DNA of 64,000 bases from Curvularia clavata. Taxonomy: Eukaryota. The position numbers and the translations under genes were made by a program. The notes under the pieces are model-generated. The model did not search any database. It worked only from the letters and a program-made list of their open reading frames with translations, and was not told where the DNA came from. The DNA lies in contig CP089277.1 in the NCBI GenBank assembly GCA_023920165.1, forward strand, positions 310,001 through 374,000, in the 5' to 3' direction. Shown here piece after piece: positions 35,830 to 48,495 of this stretch (positions within the stretch are counted from its first letter, which is position 1; each line of letters begins with the position of its first letter).

Positions 35830-36726
35830 TTATATGTGCACCGTTATAGGGCGTCTCCTTTGCTCATCCCGAAGGCCTCCGACCATGCTAGGGTTTACGA
35901 ACAGAGCCCTAGATTCTTTTATCGGACTGAAGCGAGCGAACAGGAACTCGATTAACACTTGCACAAGATTCAAGAGTCCTCCACCTGCGATGACTGTGTT
36001 CTCGTACGCCCTCTGTAACGCATCAAATTGCACCCACTCCACCCCATACCCTTCATGGACGTGTCCAAACACATGTAACCTAGGCTTCTTCCGCCAAAAC
36101 TCGTCAAGCAGGAACTTGCATCCAAAGTGGCCTGCGTCGAGATGACCTTTTGGTGGACCGTGTGTGATGAGAATGTCCGTGTCTTCCGGGACTTTGCCAT
36201 GCCATGCATCTTCATTGCGTGGGTATTGGAATGCCCAATTACCATGGCGTGGAGACAAAGGGCTGCCGTAAATGTTCAGACGATGGCCGTTGCTACATGA
36301 TATGGTCCTTGATTCAGAGTTCAGGTAGATTACGCTACCCCAGTCAAGGGATGCCTGTTCTGCTAGATTGGCGTGTGGTTGGGTGTTGTCAAGCAAGATG
36401 TCATGGTTACCAGCGATTACAACTTTGAAAGGATGCGACAATGAGTTGAGCCAATCCAGAGAATCTTGGATTTCTCTTAGACTGCCGCTTTGGGTTAGGT
36501 CGCCGGCATGGATTAGGACCTCACCCACAGGTATGTCTGGCTGGCTGTTATGTGTATCGGAGATACACACGATAGAGATGGGTTTGAGTGGCTGGAATCT
36601 TACATTCTGGCGCCATTTGTATAATTTAGTTGCCAGGAATATGCAGGGTTCTTTGATGAATTGTTGCCAGATGTTTGGGCGTCGTCGTTCGAGGAGCGCA
36701 TCGAGCGCGCCGCCCCTCCTTAGCAT
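35830..36726 (-). CDS. Calcineurin-like metallophosphoesterase (MPPED1/239FB-like)
   Basis: VCISDTH, IHAGDLT, IAGNHD, THGPP and VFGHVHEG. Likely start MLRRGG at 36726. Confidence 0.9.
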   Translation of the reverse strand: MLRRGGALDALLERRRPNIWQQFIKEPCIFLATKLYKWRQNVRFQPLKPISIVCISDTHNSQPDIPVGEVLIHAGDLTQSGSLREIQDSLDWLNSLSHPFKVVIAGNHDILLDNTQPHANLAEQASLDWGSVIYLNSESRTISCSNGHRLNIYGSPLSPRHGNWAFQYPRNEDAWHGKVPEDTDILITHGPPKGHLDAGHFGCKFLLDEFWRKKPRLHVFGHVHEGYGVEWVQFDALQRAYENTVIAGGGLLNLVQVLIEFLFARFSPIKESRALFVNPSMVGGLRDEQRRRPITVHI

Positions 36727-37289
36727 GGCGTGGCAAGTCAGACAACGACGAAGGAAGTAATCGCAGAACTTATATGACAAGTGTAGTATGCGTGCGCATA
36801 TGTGAATTCATGTTTATGTGTGTGAGTTTGTGTATTCGTGTACCCTTACCGCTGAGCATATTGCGCTATACCATATTGGTGAATGCCACGTGATCCGGTC
36901 TATTACGCTTTTGAGATTGCCGTACTCGTTTGCCTGTTGCCGTGATTACGCACGAACCACGCCTTGTTCTGAAGATGGATTACGTCGGGTCAGAACAATC
37001 CGTCGAGACTTGATAGGGCCGAAATGCCACCACTCCACCTCCTTTACTACGCTCGTTTCCGCTCAGAAGCCGTCACTGTGCCGCACCTGGCTATACTCCT
37101 TTTGCCATTCTTCAACGCTTGTTATCGCAAGCTCGAACATCCAGCCGTTGCAAGGTTACATCGGCTTTGCATATGCGGGGCGAAGCGACACTCGACAGTA
37201 CCCGCCAAGAGACCTTGGCTATTGTAATACAATAGAACAGTTTATCTGGATTGCCGCACTCATTATGAACCCTATGATACCGCGTCAAC

Positions 37290-39516
37290 ATGGTGTCTGT
37301 CCGGGTGTTGTGGCTACTACACCTACCTCAACTGATTACGGCGCTTCAGCCTCTCCCGCCAATTCCACCGGCAATTGGTAGCCACAGCGGCCTCGGCTGC
37401 TCAATTGGCGACCACGGGACAACAATATACATTGAGCGCGCTTTTTCCGAGAAAAGAGACTCCGAAGGCCTTACTCTGATACCACCCAATGCTGGAGAGT
37501 TTGCCGAAACATTCCGTGCGGATCTATCAACGCTGTTAGGCATTCAATGGACATTAGAACATGTCGACGAACTCCCCCCTACCGGAATTCTGCTCGGACC
37601 CTTCCGGGGCAGTGCTGACCAGCTAAGCTATGAAAACGGCGTCGCAACAGAAGAAGGATATGAATTCGATGTTACCAATGGCAGCGTCTACATTGGCGGG
37701 ACTGGTGCGCGAGGCATGTTTTGGGGTACTCGGACTCTACTTCAGCAGCTGTTGATCAATAATGGATCTTTGTCGCATGGAAGAATTTTTGACGCGCCAG
37801 CGTATGCAACTCGAGGGTTCATGCTAGACGCAGGACGAAAATGGTACAGCAAAGATTTTCTCAAGGAGCTCTGCTCGTATGCTTCGTTCTTCAAGATGTC
37901 AGAGTTTCACTACCACTCTAGTGACAACTATCCCTTGAATCGTGGCCGCAATGAGACCTGGCAGGACGTGTTTTCGCATTTCTCACTGTACCCAGAGAGA
38001 AACAAAGAGCTCAGAGGATTGATTCAACGCCCTAACGAAACACTGTCGCGCGCCGACTTCGAAGACTTCCAGCAACATTGCGCACAGCGAGGTGTTACGG
38101 TTATTCCCGAGATTGAAGCTCCTGGCCATGCTCTAGCGATTACCAAGTGGAAGCCTGAACTAGCCCTGGACAAGAAGGATCTGCTGAACCTAAGCCATCC
38201 GGACGCCATCCCTACTGTAAAAGCTATCTGGTCGGAGTTCTTACCCTGGTTCCAAACAAAAGAGGTACATATTGGTGCAGATGAGTACGATTCGGAGCTA
38301 GCTGATGATTACATCAACTTTGTCAACGAAATGGCCGACTTTGTCAAGACCACTTCCGGCAAAAATATTCGTATTTGGGGCACATACGAGCCATCAGAGA
38401 ACCTCACCATCTCAAAAGACGTCATCATACAGCACTGGCAGTATGGTCAGTCAGACCCGGTAGCTCTAAGCAGCGACGGCTATGACCTAATCAACTCCGA
38501 GGACTGGTGGGCCTATATGAGTCTGAAAAATGACCACATGCCCATCTTACCTGCCCCATATCCGCAATTCTATAACGTCACGCGCACTCTCAACTTTGCC
38601 AATGTGCCAGGCTGGCAGTGGGAGCCATCTCTATACAATCCTTTTAACACGACGGAACAGCTGCAGCCCGGAGACAAGCGCAACAAAGGAGCTATCTTGG
38701 CTGCCTGGAACGATAACGGTCCCGATGCGACGACGCAACTAGAAGCTTACTACGCAATGCGCGAGGGCATTCCGGTCGTGGCATCGCGTGCGTGGGCAGG
38801 CAACCGGGGCGAAAAGATAAAACCCCAAGAACTCTCCGACAGCATTGCCTTTCTGGTAAGCATCATCTGCATAACAAACACCTAGTATCACTACTAACAC
38901 ACCCACCTACCAGGCGCCCAAATCCCCAGCCCAAAACCTCGACCGGCGCCTCCCATCCTCGCAAACCCCCTTATCAAACCCTCCATCCCCACTCCTCTCA
39001 TGGACGCAACCCCCCTCACACTCCGCAAACCATTCTCTAGGCTTCGGTTCCTACGGACCCCCCTACACCCTCACCCTCTCCATCACCTCCCCCTTCACCC
39101 TCTCCGGCCCCGATACTTCGCTCTCCCTTGCCCCCCTCCCCACAAACAGCAGCACCTCAATCCTCACCTTTACAACCGCGGACGGCTTCCCCTACCCGCT
39201 GCGCCACGTCTCTCCCACCGACGGCTTCGATCCCGGTCATCCCGGCCGCATCTGGACGAATCAGACGTCTTCGACGCACGAGCCCGTGGAGATTGCGCTG
39301 CCGGCTACAGTGCGGATTGAGACGGATGTGGTGAATGGGAGTAGAGTGTGGGTTGGGGATGTGTTTGCGGGCCGGTTTGAGGTGTTTGTGTATGGAGGGA
39401 GGAATACGTTGTTTAGTTGGAGCCAGATGGCGTTTGTGGCGCCGATAGAGGGGGTGAATGGAGGGGTGGAGGGGTTGGTGTTGGAGGCTGGGGTGGGTTT
39501 GGAGAGGGGAGTGTAG
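37290..39516 (+). CDS. Secreted glycoside hydrolase family 20 (beta-N-acetylhexosaminidase-like), 2 exons
   Basis: Signal peptide; RGFMLDAGRKWY, IPEIEAPGH, catalytic HIGADE, WQYG. Intron 38856-38913 restores the frame to the stop at 39516. Confidence 0.9.
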
Positions 39517-39969
39517 GATTGGGAGTTGTGCGAGGTGATGAGGTGGGGTTTTAACTGCTGGAGGATGATGTGGTTTTCGTACTGATGTCTCTGGGAAGTA
39601 GGAATACGAGGCTAAAGGTTCTGTGTGCACGAGTGGTAAGGAGCTGTGGTTCTATTTTCGATTCTAGCGTTTAATGTGAGCTAATTACGTAGATTATGTC
39701 TAGTCAAACTTCTGTTTTTAAAAGCCGCATGAGTTGTTGGGATCTAAAAGGGCTATACAGTACCAAATGCTATCATCTACTGCATCACGCTTAGTATTAT
39801 TCGCCCCGTTCTAATATTAAATGATTTCGCGGAAGCTAGTAATTGGATGAAACACCCAGCTTACAATCACACATCACGATACTAGTATAAATAAAGTGTG
39901 GGAAACTGATGTGAATTAGATTTTTTCACTATCTTCGCATACTCACGTCTCCTTCACGTCCCCAGAGCC

Positions 39970-41102
39970 TCAATACGTCGCCGTCAGCCGCTGCACCAGA
40001 TAATCCCCACTCAAGACATCACCATACTTCCTTCCGTCTTTCTCATAAGTCCCCGGGATAGCCTCAATCGTACGGTCATAGTTTGGATTGCAGAAGTAGG
40101 CTATTGAGTACCTTGGGGGGTACTCGTCTTTGTCTGCGTCTTCCGGTTTTGGCGGTGGTTCCACGACGCGGTGCTTGGTTGATTTGATGGTATCGTTGGA
40201 CCAGCGGGCTAGCAGGTCGCCGGCATTGACTACGATGGTGCCTTCGATGGGCGTTGCGTTGACGAATGTGCCCTTTGGTGAGCGGACTTGCAGACCTCCT
40301 CGGGAGTCTTGGAACAGGAGGGTTACGGAGCCTGGTTTTCTGTTAGCATACACTTTGGCATTTTTCAATCAAATCTTTTTTACCATAATCGCTGTGCTCT
40401 CCAGCACGGACTTGCAGCTGTCCATCATTCCTCTTGAAAACGCTCTTGGATACACCTGGATAGTGAAGCAATCTCAGGGTATTGTCGCCGGCATCTGTGA
40501 AGCCATCGAACCACTTCTCGTCGATTCCAATGCCCAGGGCGATAGCGCGCATGACATACATGTGCAGGGTTTTGCAAGTCTCGAAGAAATTCATCATCTG
40601 CTCCTTGAATTCTTTGGCCGCGTCATCTCCACTCGGCCACATGTTGGGCGTCTCTGGTTGGTCGTCCCGACCAATCTCCATACTCTCCTTTAGATCTGGT
40701 ACCAGGGCACGCATCTCGGCTTCGGTTCCCGTCTCCTCAAGAACAACGAGCTTTTCACGGCCTTGTGTCACGTAGCCACGGTTGGCGGCTGCAGAATACC
40801 AGGCCAATGCATCTTTCTGTTCCTGTGGTCGGGCGAAGAATTTGGCCGAGTGGGAGAAGACTGTTGATACTGTGGACTGGGGTATGCCGTGGTTCTTGAG
40901 GTAGATAAATCCAGCATTCTGGAAGCCTTTAAGCACGGCGTCGGCAGTTTGCTTCTTTGCGTTGGCATCGCCCGAGAGGAAGGCAGAGAAGTCAATGAGC
41001 TGATAAAGTCAGATGTAGAGAACAGAGTGTCAGACAAGAAGAACACACTGGGATTTCCAAGTCATCCTGCGAAACTGCCGAGTCGACAGTGATGTTTGCC
41101 AT
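39970..41102 (-). CDS. 2OG-Fe(II) dioxygenase, thymine-7-hydroxylase (thymine dioxygenase)-like, 3 exons
   Basis: IPLIDFS, GFQNAGFIYLKN, ANRGY..GREK, QVRAGEHSDYGSVTLLFQDSRGGLQV, NAGDLLARWSNDTIKSTKHRVV, RYSIAYFCNPN and YLVQRLTATY closely follow the Neurospora T7H sequence as I recall it. Confidence 0.82.
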
Positions 41103-42002
41103 TGTGGTGGCTTCGAGTCGCGTGTCTGCTGTGGCTTGCTCAGGGGTGTGTGCGGCTATGGTCACAGTATTGATATATAGCTAGACTCGGGCTTGGAGGA
41201 TGTGTGAGCCGAAGTCGTCTACAAGGCGGCGACACCCGCTGTGCGTCGCGCATCACGAAATGCTTGGGTGATGTAGGCGGGGGTGTTGCCGCACAGGGAA
41301 GGTGCAGACGAGGCACGATAAGGCTAATGGTGGGGTGAGTGGGACAGAACGAGGAGCCCCTCAACACCACATATCTACTATCGTGGAGTTTGGTCGTATC
41401 TATGTCTTGTGATATGTCCCAAGGATAACACTCTTGACCTTGGTCCGCTGTAAGCTCGCTATGTCACACTTGCACACGATGTATGACGGTGATGCACTTC
41501 TCATGTATTCGGTCAGAACCAAGAAAGTCTTGCGTACAGTTGATATTCCCCCATTACTGTGCTTTGGAACATAACCTAGCAGATGAGGGAGGAGTTTGTG
41601 AGATTGTTATCCTGGGCCAGGTAAATTTAACAACCATGAGAAGTCAATTCTGGACTCGAAGTTTCAAGAAGAGAACACTCATCCGGAGCTTCGCAACCGC
41701 AGAGCTCCGAACCCGAGCGTACCGCTGTCCGAAACAGCGTCGGACAGTTGGTCGGGGTATATATCGGTGCAAGACACGGACGTTTTGTCGCGATGATGAA
41801 GATGATGTTGGCGCGGCATCGGGAGCTGGACCCTGAGATCGAATAGTGTTGCGAAATGACGTCTTCGATGCACGACGACCAACAATTGCATATCTTGGAC
41901 TGCATTTCCCATCTGCATGCCCTTTGTACTGCGTATCCACACGTTTCTGCAGGACAGATACACACGTGACGCGACACCATAGCATTTCCTAACGCCAGCA
42001 CC

Positions 42003-42927
42003 ATGGGCAACTCACAGTCGACGGTGCGCTACCTTGCGCCCGCATCCTTCATCTACGACTTTGCGGCGCAGCAATATGGCCTCTTTTCCTCGCCAAACAT
42101 GCTGGATATCCACAATCAGAATCTGGCCGCCTTCTCGCCTTACCCGTACTTTATCGGCGCATTCTTCTTCCCTCAGCAACTGTTCCAGCTGGCGTGGCTA
42201 TGGAAGTTGTGGAAGCAAGACGGCAATGCGCAGGAGTGTGCCATGATGAACAAGTTTGCCTGGTGCTACAGTCTGGGCAACATTTGCATTGGAAGTAGGT
42301 TTACCTTGAAGACATGCAGCTGCCAGAGATGTTGAAAACAGCAATCTCAAGCTGTCCTAGTAACAAAGGATTCGCTAACATGGATATGCAGCCTGGATGT
42401 TCTTCTGGAATGCAAACGACTTGGCGACATCGAACATCTTTGTCATCATCAACACGCTGGCGCAGGTGGGCTACATTTCGACCATGCTCGAGCCGCTCGA
42501 CAGGCGCTCAACGCCCAACTTTCTCACCCACATTGTCGCAAAGACATTTGCTGGCATTGGCGTGCTGGACCTGTTGCACAACACGTCAGCCGCGTACTAC
42601 GTGGGTGTTGAGCCCAGCTCGCTCGTGCAGGTCGCGACAGGCGTGGGCTTTGCGGCTGCAGCGAGTGTGAGCGACTGGATCTTCGGCGGCTGTCTGGTGT
42701 ACGACTTGGTGGCATTGGCTTGTGGACAGGAGGGCAGCTGGTCAAGATTGCTGGGCGGATACGCAGCCATGACGGCGGGCATTGTGGGTTTCAGGAACTT
42801 CTTCTAGTGAGTATGTTCAGTTGGCCAAGTCGCAGGCTCGGTCGTGCTGACGATGCGCAGTCCTCGGTGGAAGGCACAGAAGCAAGGAGCATATTCGAGG
42901 GTTGAGAATGGCGGTGACGAGGTCTAG
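42003..42927 (+). CDS. Hypothetical multi-pass membrane protein, 3 exons
   Basis: Several hydrophobic segments. Introns ~42296-42391 and 42807-42860 with canonical sites. N-terminal MGNSQS. Confidence 0.72.
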
Positions 42928-44125
42928 ATATGCATAGGCGGGCGCATTGGAGAATGCAATGTAGATTAGTTCTTGTAATGATATTAGCATCAATGTTTAT
43001 CTTGGGGTCGCTGTCCATGTACAGTACCCAAAGTTTATCAGAGATGCATGCCACAGCAGGCATGGCATATAGCTTCCACATTGGGCAGACGGCCGGATTC
43101 TCGTTACGTTTCAGAGGCGGATGCTTAGTGGTGTCTATTAGTAGGCGATAATTAGTAGGCGGGTGTGGATGGGGCCGATGGCGGAGAGACTTGGTTCCAG
43201 TCCAGCCACGTCCCGCCGTTGACGATCCGCTGGGGCGATCCCACAGCCATAGCCAAAGGTGAGGCGACGGATGCATCTCGTCTATCTCGTCTCGTCCATT
43301 CAGCAGGTCGCGGGGTGGATACGGGCTGCTATCAGATCCGCCGCCAAGGGCTCGCGAGCGGCGGCAAGCGGCAAGAGGCAAGGCCAGGCGAGCAGAGATC
43401 GCGTGCCCACCCCCGGCCGCCTGTCGTGTGGAGATAGGGCTTATCTATCACCCACCACACCCACCCGTCCAAGTCACACCCTCGACGCGTGTGAGTCGTA
43501 TCCCCAACATATCATGCCTATGCCTGGGCTAGCCGGCCCTCGTCCGCGCTTGTCCCATTCCTGCTCACGGGCGCCAGTCATGGGGGCCTGCCCCGGGTTG
43601 TCTCGCCGCTTGCATGAGGTCGGCCTGGTGGATCACGGATGACTGTTGCACTCTGCCCTTCTCTGACACCTAGGCCGCCCTTCTCTTCTCTCTATACCCT
43701 TTCTCTGCTCTTGCTCTTCACTCTCAGCTATCTTGCGCTATTGTTTTGCTTCCTTTTGCTGTCCTATACTACGCCTCGCGCCTTATCAGTATCCCATCGG
43801 TTCAACGACGTCACCGTGCCGAGCACACGAACACCAACTTGTCGCCGAGACCTCCAGTGCGCGAGTCGCAAGAGCTGAGAGTCGCATACTTCGCTGTTTC
43901 TATTGCCCGTGTTCTCTACGGTCCGCATCTGTGCCTTGGTGGCTGAGTCGGGCGCACTGAATCCCACCTGACCACTCCGCCTCCACATCCGGGGCGCGAA
44001 CAAGGCGAAGAAGTAAAGAGACCAAGATCAGCTAGAAACGCGTCCCGATCGTAGATACAGGAAACAAAACTCCCGAAGCCTGCACTGTGTCCTCCATCCT
44101 CCTCTGATCACAAGTCTATGGCACC

Positions 44126-45685
44126 ATGCCGCCCTACATATCCCCCTTACACATAGCGAAACCCTCGTTACCGGCGAACTGCGAGCCTGCGAACGCGTTT
44201 CTGTACCACCTATCAGCCACCTTTCACACGTGTATACCTACGAATCTCGCTCTCATCTCGACTCTGCTCGGCACGTGCAGCATCGTATCGTGGCTATTTG
44301 CACAGCTACCACAAATATACAAGAACCATAAGCTCAAGTCCACCTCGGGCTTGAGTGCCTTTTTCCTGACAGAATGGCTCCTGGGTGATTTGACAAATCT
44401 CCTAGGGTGCCTGTTCACAGGCCAGGCGTCGTGGCAGATTATCATTGCAGCATACTATGTCTTCGTAGATTGCTGTCTGTGTGGACAGTGGGTATGGTAC
44501 GAGATGCTACATCACGGACGGCCCTTGCGACCTATCTGGGGACGATGGAGTAGTTCTCCTAGTAGCAATTCGGGCGCTGGGGGTTCGTCCATGCACCAGG
44601 TTCTGGACGGCATGGGCATAGGCAAATCAGCGAATCCCGTGGATAAGAAAGACAACACGAAAACCAGCACACCACAGGACGTACCCCGTTCAAGCCACAG
44701 CGATGTCTTCAGAATCCCCAACTTTGCGCGCTCCCCGAACCCAGTCAAGGAGTCGTGGCAGGACTCCCCTTCGTCGGGCGCATCTCCAAACCCCCACGTG
44801 CGCCGTGTGGCCGCTTCAAGCCCGCCCATGCCCTCACCAAAGACCGTCCTCTACATTACCCTCCTCTTCGCCGTCCTCGCAAACCCCACAGTCGCAAAGC
44901 CAATCTCGCCTTTTGCTCCTGCCCTCGCCCGCCCCCGCAGTGTCTCCTACATCAGCACTACCACCACATCTAGTGATGGCCCCAGCAACGCAGCCATTGC
45001 CGGCAAGATATTCTCTTGGATGAGCACATTTCTCTATCTGGGCTCGCGCCTCCCCCAACTCTACATGAATCAAGTGCGAAAATCCACCGCAGGCCTCTCT
45101 CCCGCACTCTTCGCCGCTGCCTTCTTCGGCAACCTCTTCTACTCGTCCTCGCTCGCCACCAATCCCTGCGCCTGGCAAGACTTCGCCCCTGGCCAAGGCA
45201 ACGGCTGGGTCGGCCCCGAAGGCAGCAACCGCGCAAACTGGATCCTACGCGCCGCTCCCTTTTTCTTCGGCGCCGCCGGCGTCCTCCTCATGGACGCAGC
45301 CGTTGGCCTTCAGTTCTGGTACTTTGGCGATGCAGTGCCTCCCCGTGGGCGCTCGCACCTCCCGCGCGACGACGAAGTCATCATCACTGTTGACGATAAC
45401 GGGAGACTTGTACGCAAGAGTCTGCATTGGCGCCGTGTCAGCGGTTGGATGAGAGGCTGGGCTCCTGCCGTCAGTGTAGCGGCTACACCGAATGTCAGTC
45501 GTGCGGTTACGCCCATGGACACGCCGCGTGAGACTAGCCCGGCTAGTATTGATGGGAGTGCCAAGAGTAGTAAGAGCATCCCGATCAAGGGAAAGGCGAA
45601 TGCGCTTGATGAGGCGAGGGCGCTGCTGGGAACGAGTAGACATGCGAGTCCGAGGAGTTATGGGGCCGTGGGGAGTCCGCGGTAG
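44126..45685 (+). CDS. PQ-loop vacuolar amino-acid transporter (Ypq/PQLC2-like)
   Basis: Two PQ loops: WLFAQLPQIYKN..TSGLS and YLGSRLPQLYMN..STAGLS. Confidence 0.9.
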   Translation: MPPYISPLHIAKPSLPANCEPANAFLYHLSATFHTCIPTNLALISTLLGTCSIVSWLFAQLPQIYKNHKLKSTSGLSAFFLTEWLLGDLTNLLGCLFTGQASWQIIIAAYYVFVDCCLCGQWVWYEMLHHGRPLRPIWGRWSSSPSSNSGAGGSSMHQVLDGMGIGKSANPVDKKDNTKTSTPQDVPRSSHSDVFRIPNFARSPNPVKESWQDSPSSGASPNPHVRRVAASSPPMPSPKTVLYITLLFAVLANPTVAKPISPFAPALARPRSVSYISTTTTSSDGPSNAAIAGKIFSWMSTFLYLGSRLPQLYMNQVRKSTAGLSPALFAAAFFGNLFYSSSLATNPCAWQDFAPGQGNGWVGPEGSNRANWILRAAPFFFGAAGVLLMDAAVGLQFWYFGDAVPPRGRSHLPRDDEVIITVDDNGRLVRKSLHWRRVSGWMRGWAPAVSVAATPNVSRAVTPMDTPRETSPASIDGSAKSSKSIPIKGKANALDEARALLGTSRHASPRSYGAVGSPR

Positions 45686-46322
45686 TATTGTGTTGGTTTC
45701 TTCATCTTGAACACTTTTATCATCAATGCTCCCAGCTTTGTCTGGGGTTTGAGCAGCAGTGGGTTTCAGCATTTGCATCTGCATTATCGCATGTTATTTG
45801 TACGAGATCTTTTCCATCTCACATCTAGGTGGACAGGCATGTTGCTTAAACATCCTTACTTGCATATTTGCATACTCGTATCATCAGGCGTTTCTGGGAC
45901 GGAGGGAATTACTAGTTTAGCATGACTTTACTTGTTTTTTATCTGCATATATGTATGCATAGAGAGAAAGAGAGAAGACTGCGAATTCACGTCACAAGCG
46001 CATGGAAGCGTGGAAATACCATGATTTTGATCATTCTCAATTTTACATGAAGAAGCGAAAGGTAGTGAGACTTGCTTTTACGACTCGAGAGAGAAGAGAG
46101 AAGATGATATATCGAATACTCATATACATACATACAGTTACATGATGTCTACAGGGCCCTTGGGCCGAAAGATAATGGAAAAACCTGTCCGAGGAAATCA
46201 ATCAAGCAAAACATTCTGGGCGAACGCGAATAAGGAAGAAAAAAAGACCATTTGTTTCTCTAAACAAGCAGAACACCCCACGTCCGCCACCCAGAAACAT
46301 TTTTCCCTTCGCCCGCTGCGAC

Positions 46323-46471
46323 CACTACTGCTGCTGCTGCTGCTACTACGACCATAGGTATCACACCCCTTATACATACAAAGACAAGACTGCGTTGTAC
46401 TCGTACAGATAGAGAGAGAGAAGACCCGGAGATGTGCACATGTGTGTGTGTGTGTGTGAAAGTGTGTGTGT
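46323..46471. repeat. Microsatellites (CTR)n and (TG)n downstream of the NADH dehydrogenase gene
   Basis: CTA/CTG run at 46323-46350; (TG)9 at 46441-46458 and a shorter TG run at 46462-46471. Confidence 0.85.
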
Positions 46472-46651
46472 ATACCATCTATACAAAAAATGACCGAAAC
46501 ACCCAGCTCAGCCATTTTTCCATTTTTTCAGTTCAGTTCGAGAAAGAGAAGAAAAAAGGCAGAAAAAAGAGAAAAGAGAACATCGTCTAGCCGTCCGAGA
46601 AGATTTTTTTCAAAGGAGAAGAAAGGAAGAAAGCCCCGTTCAACGGCGCAA

Positions 46652-48495
46652 TTAGACACGCGAGACATCGCGACCAAAGATCTTAGCCTTGGCCCAGTCA
46701 AGCATGACGAGTATCCTGTTGCGCGTGCTGAAGCACATGCTGAGGTAGGCCGAGCGCCAGAAGATGTAGGTGATGGTTCCGCCAGACGCAATGTTGCCCG
46801 CGAACCACGAGATATCAGCGACGGCCTTCTCGGAGCCAATGTAGGCGAGGGAACCCTGGTGGGAGTACTCAAAGGGACCGATTGACTTGATGCGCCTCAG
46901 CCTCTGCTGCAGGGACTTGATGTCGTTGAAGACCTGGTCACGGGCCTCTTTGCTGGGAGCCTTTTCCTGGGCAACGGAGAGCTCGCCGAGTTCCTTCTCG
47001 ATCTCGGCCGTCTTGGCCATGTTGTTAAACATGCGGGCGAGGAAAGCACCTTCCTGAGCGGCAACCTGAGCAGTGGGGGCGTAGTTGGCAACGGCGCAGT
47101 CACCGACGGCCCAGACGTTCTCGGTGCCCTTGACAACAAGGTACTCGTTTACGGCGAGACCGCGGCGCGAGTCCTTTTGAGCAGGAATCTGGTTGATCAA
47201 GTCCTTGACAATGGGGCGGAGAGCGTTTCCGGTGGCCCAGACGAGGAGACCGTAGGGGATGCGCTCAAGCTGCTTCTTGCCATCAGGGCCAGTCGACTCG
47301 GCCTCAATGTACTTGTCTGTCACATTCTTGACCATGGTCTTTGTGCGGATGTCGATGGTCTCCTCCTTGAAAGTCTTCTCCGTGTAGTCGATGAGCTGCT
47401 TAGAGAACATAGGAAGGACGTTGGGCAGCGCCTCAACCAGGGTGACCTTGAAGTTATCCTGGATCTCTGGCAGCCACTTCTTCAGATCCGAGTGGAAGAA
47501 GTCCTGGAGTTCACCAGCAAACTCAACACCGGTAGGGCCGCCACCGACGACGACCATGTGGAGCAAGCGCTTCTTCTCCTCCTCGGACTGGTCCTTGAAA
47601 GTAGCAGTCTCGCAGCAGTCCATAATGCGGTTTCGGATGCGCTGAGCGTCGCCGACCTCCTTCAGGAAGAGGCCGTTCTCCCTGACACCGGGGATACCTG
47701 ATCACATTGTTAGCCTTTACTCGGCCTGAACCCTAGGATCAATCATACCAAAAGTGGCGTTCTCGGCACCAACACCGACAACCAGCATGTCGAATGGGAC
47801 CTCGGTCTTTGAGACGTCGCCCTTGATATCTGAGTCGTCGCTGATGTACACAACCTTCCTCTCGTAGTCGATCTTGGTGGCCTCTGCTTCGTAGTACTTG
47901 ACCTGAGCCTTCTTGTGGCGCAGGAAGTTGCGGATGGGCTCCATGATGGAGCGGTGCTCAATGGTGCCGACGGTACATGAAGGGAGCAGCGGAGTGAAGA
48001 GGAAGTAGTTGCGGGGAGAGACGACGACTACATTGTAGTTTTCGGTGTCAAGCTTCTTCAGCAGGGAGACGGAGCCCCAACCGGTACCTGTTTGGCATTG
48101 TCAGACGGGTGCTCGCGGCGCACAAGACGTGGCACTGGCTGCTACTCACCAAGAACGACGAGCGTCTTCTTGCTGGGATCGGGCGGCGGCTGGTCGGCGG
48201 GATTGCGAGTCTCGTAGATGCCGTAGCCAACGTATCCCAGGCCGGCAATGGCGGAGAGCTGGGTGAGGCGCCATGTCCAGCGCAGCAGGCGGAACCTCTT
48301 GGGCTTGGGAGCTCCTCCGGTCGACTGCTGGCGAACCGACTGGCGCAGGACAATCTGGTTCTGCGTGGGGCGGGGGGTCCATCGCGCGCGGTTGGCAATG
48401 AGCGAGGGGCGCTGCGTAGTGAGGGTGCGACGTCCGGCCTGCTGGAGCGGCGACAGCATATTGGCAGCGGCAAAGGGCCTCATAGCGGGTGCCAT
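46652..48495 (-). CDS. NDE1: External alternative NADH:ubiquinone oxidoreductase (NDH-2), 3 exons
   Basis: Mitochondrial presequence; VVLGTGWG, SPRNYFLFTPLLPS, VVVGGGPTGVEFAGE, APTAQVAAQEG and PFEYSHQGSLAYIG. Confidence 0.94.

Noticed and set aside
29882..41102. UstYa, prenyltransferase, FAD oxidoreductase and 2OG dioxygenase as one secondary-metabolite cluster
   Set aside because: The prenyltransferase is the housekeeping tRNA-IPT and the dioxygenase looks like T7H. No PKS, NRPS or DMATS backbone gene is present.
3364..45685. Atg22, Atg16 and the PQ-loop transporter as an autophagy/vacuole cluster
   Set aside because: They are spread over 42 kb among unrelated genes, which is compatible with chance.
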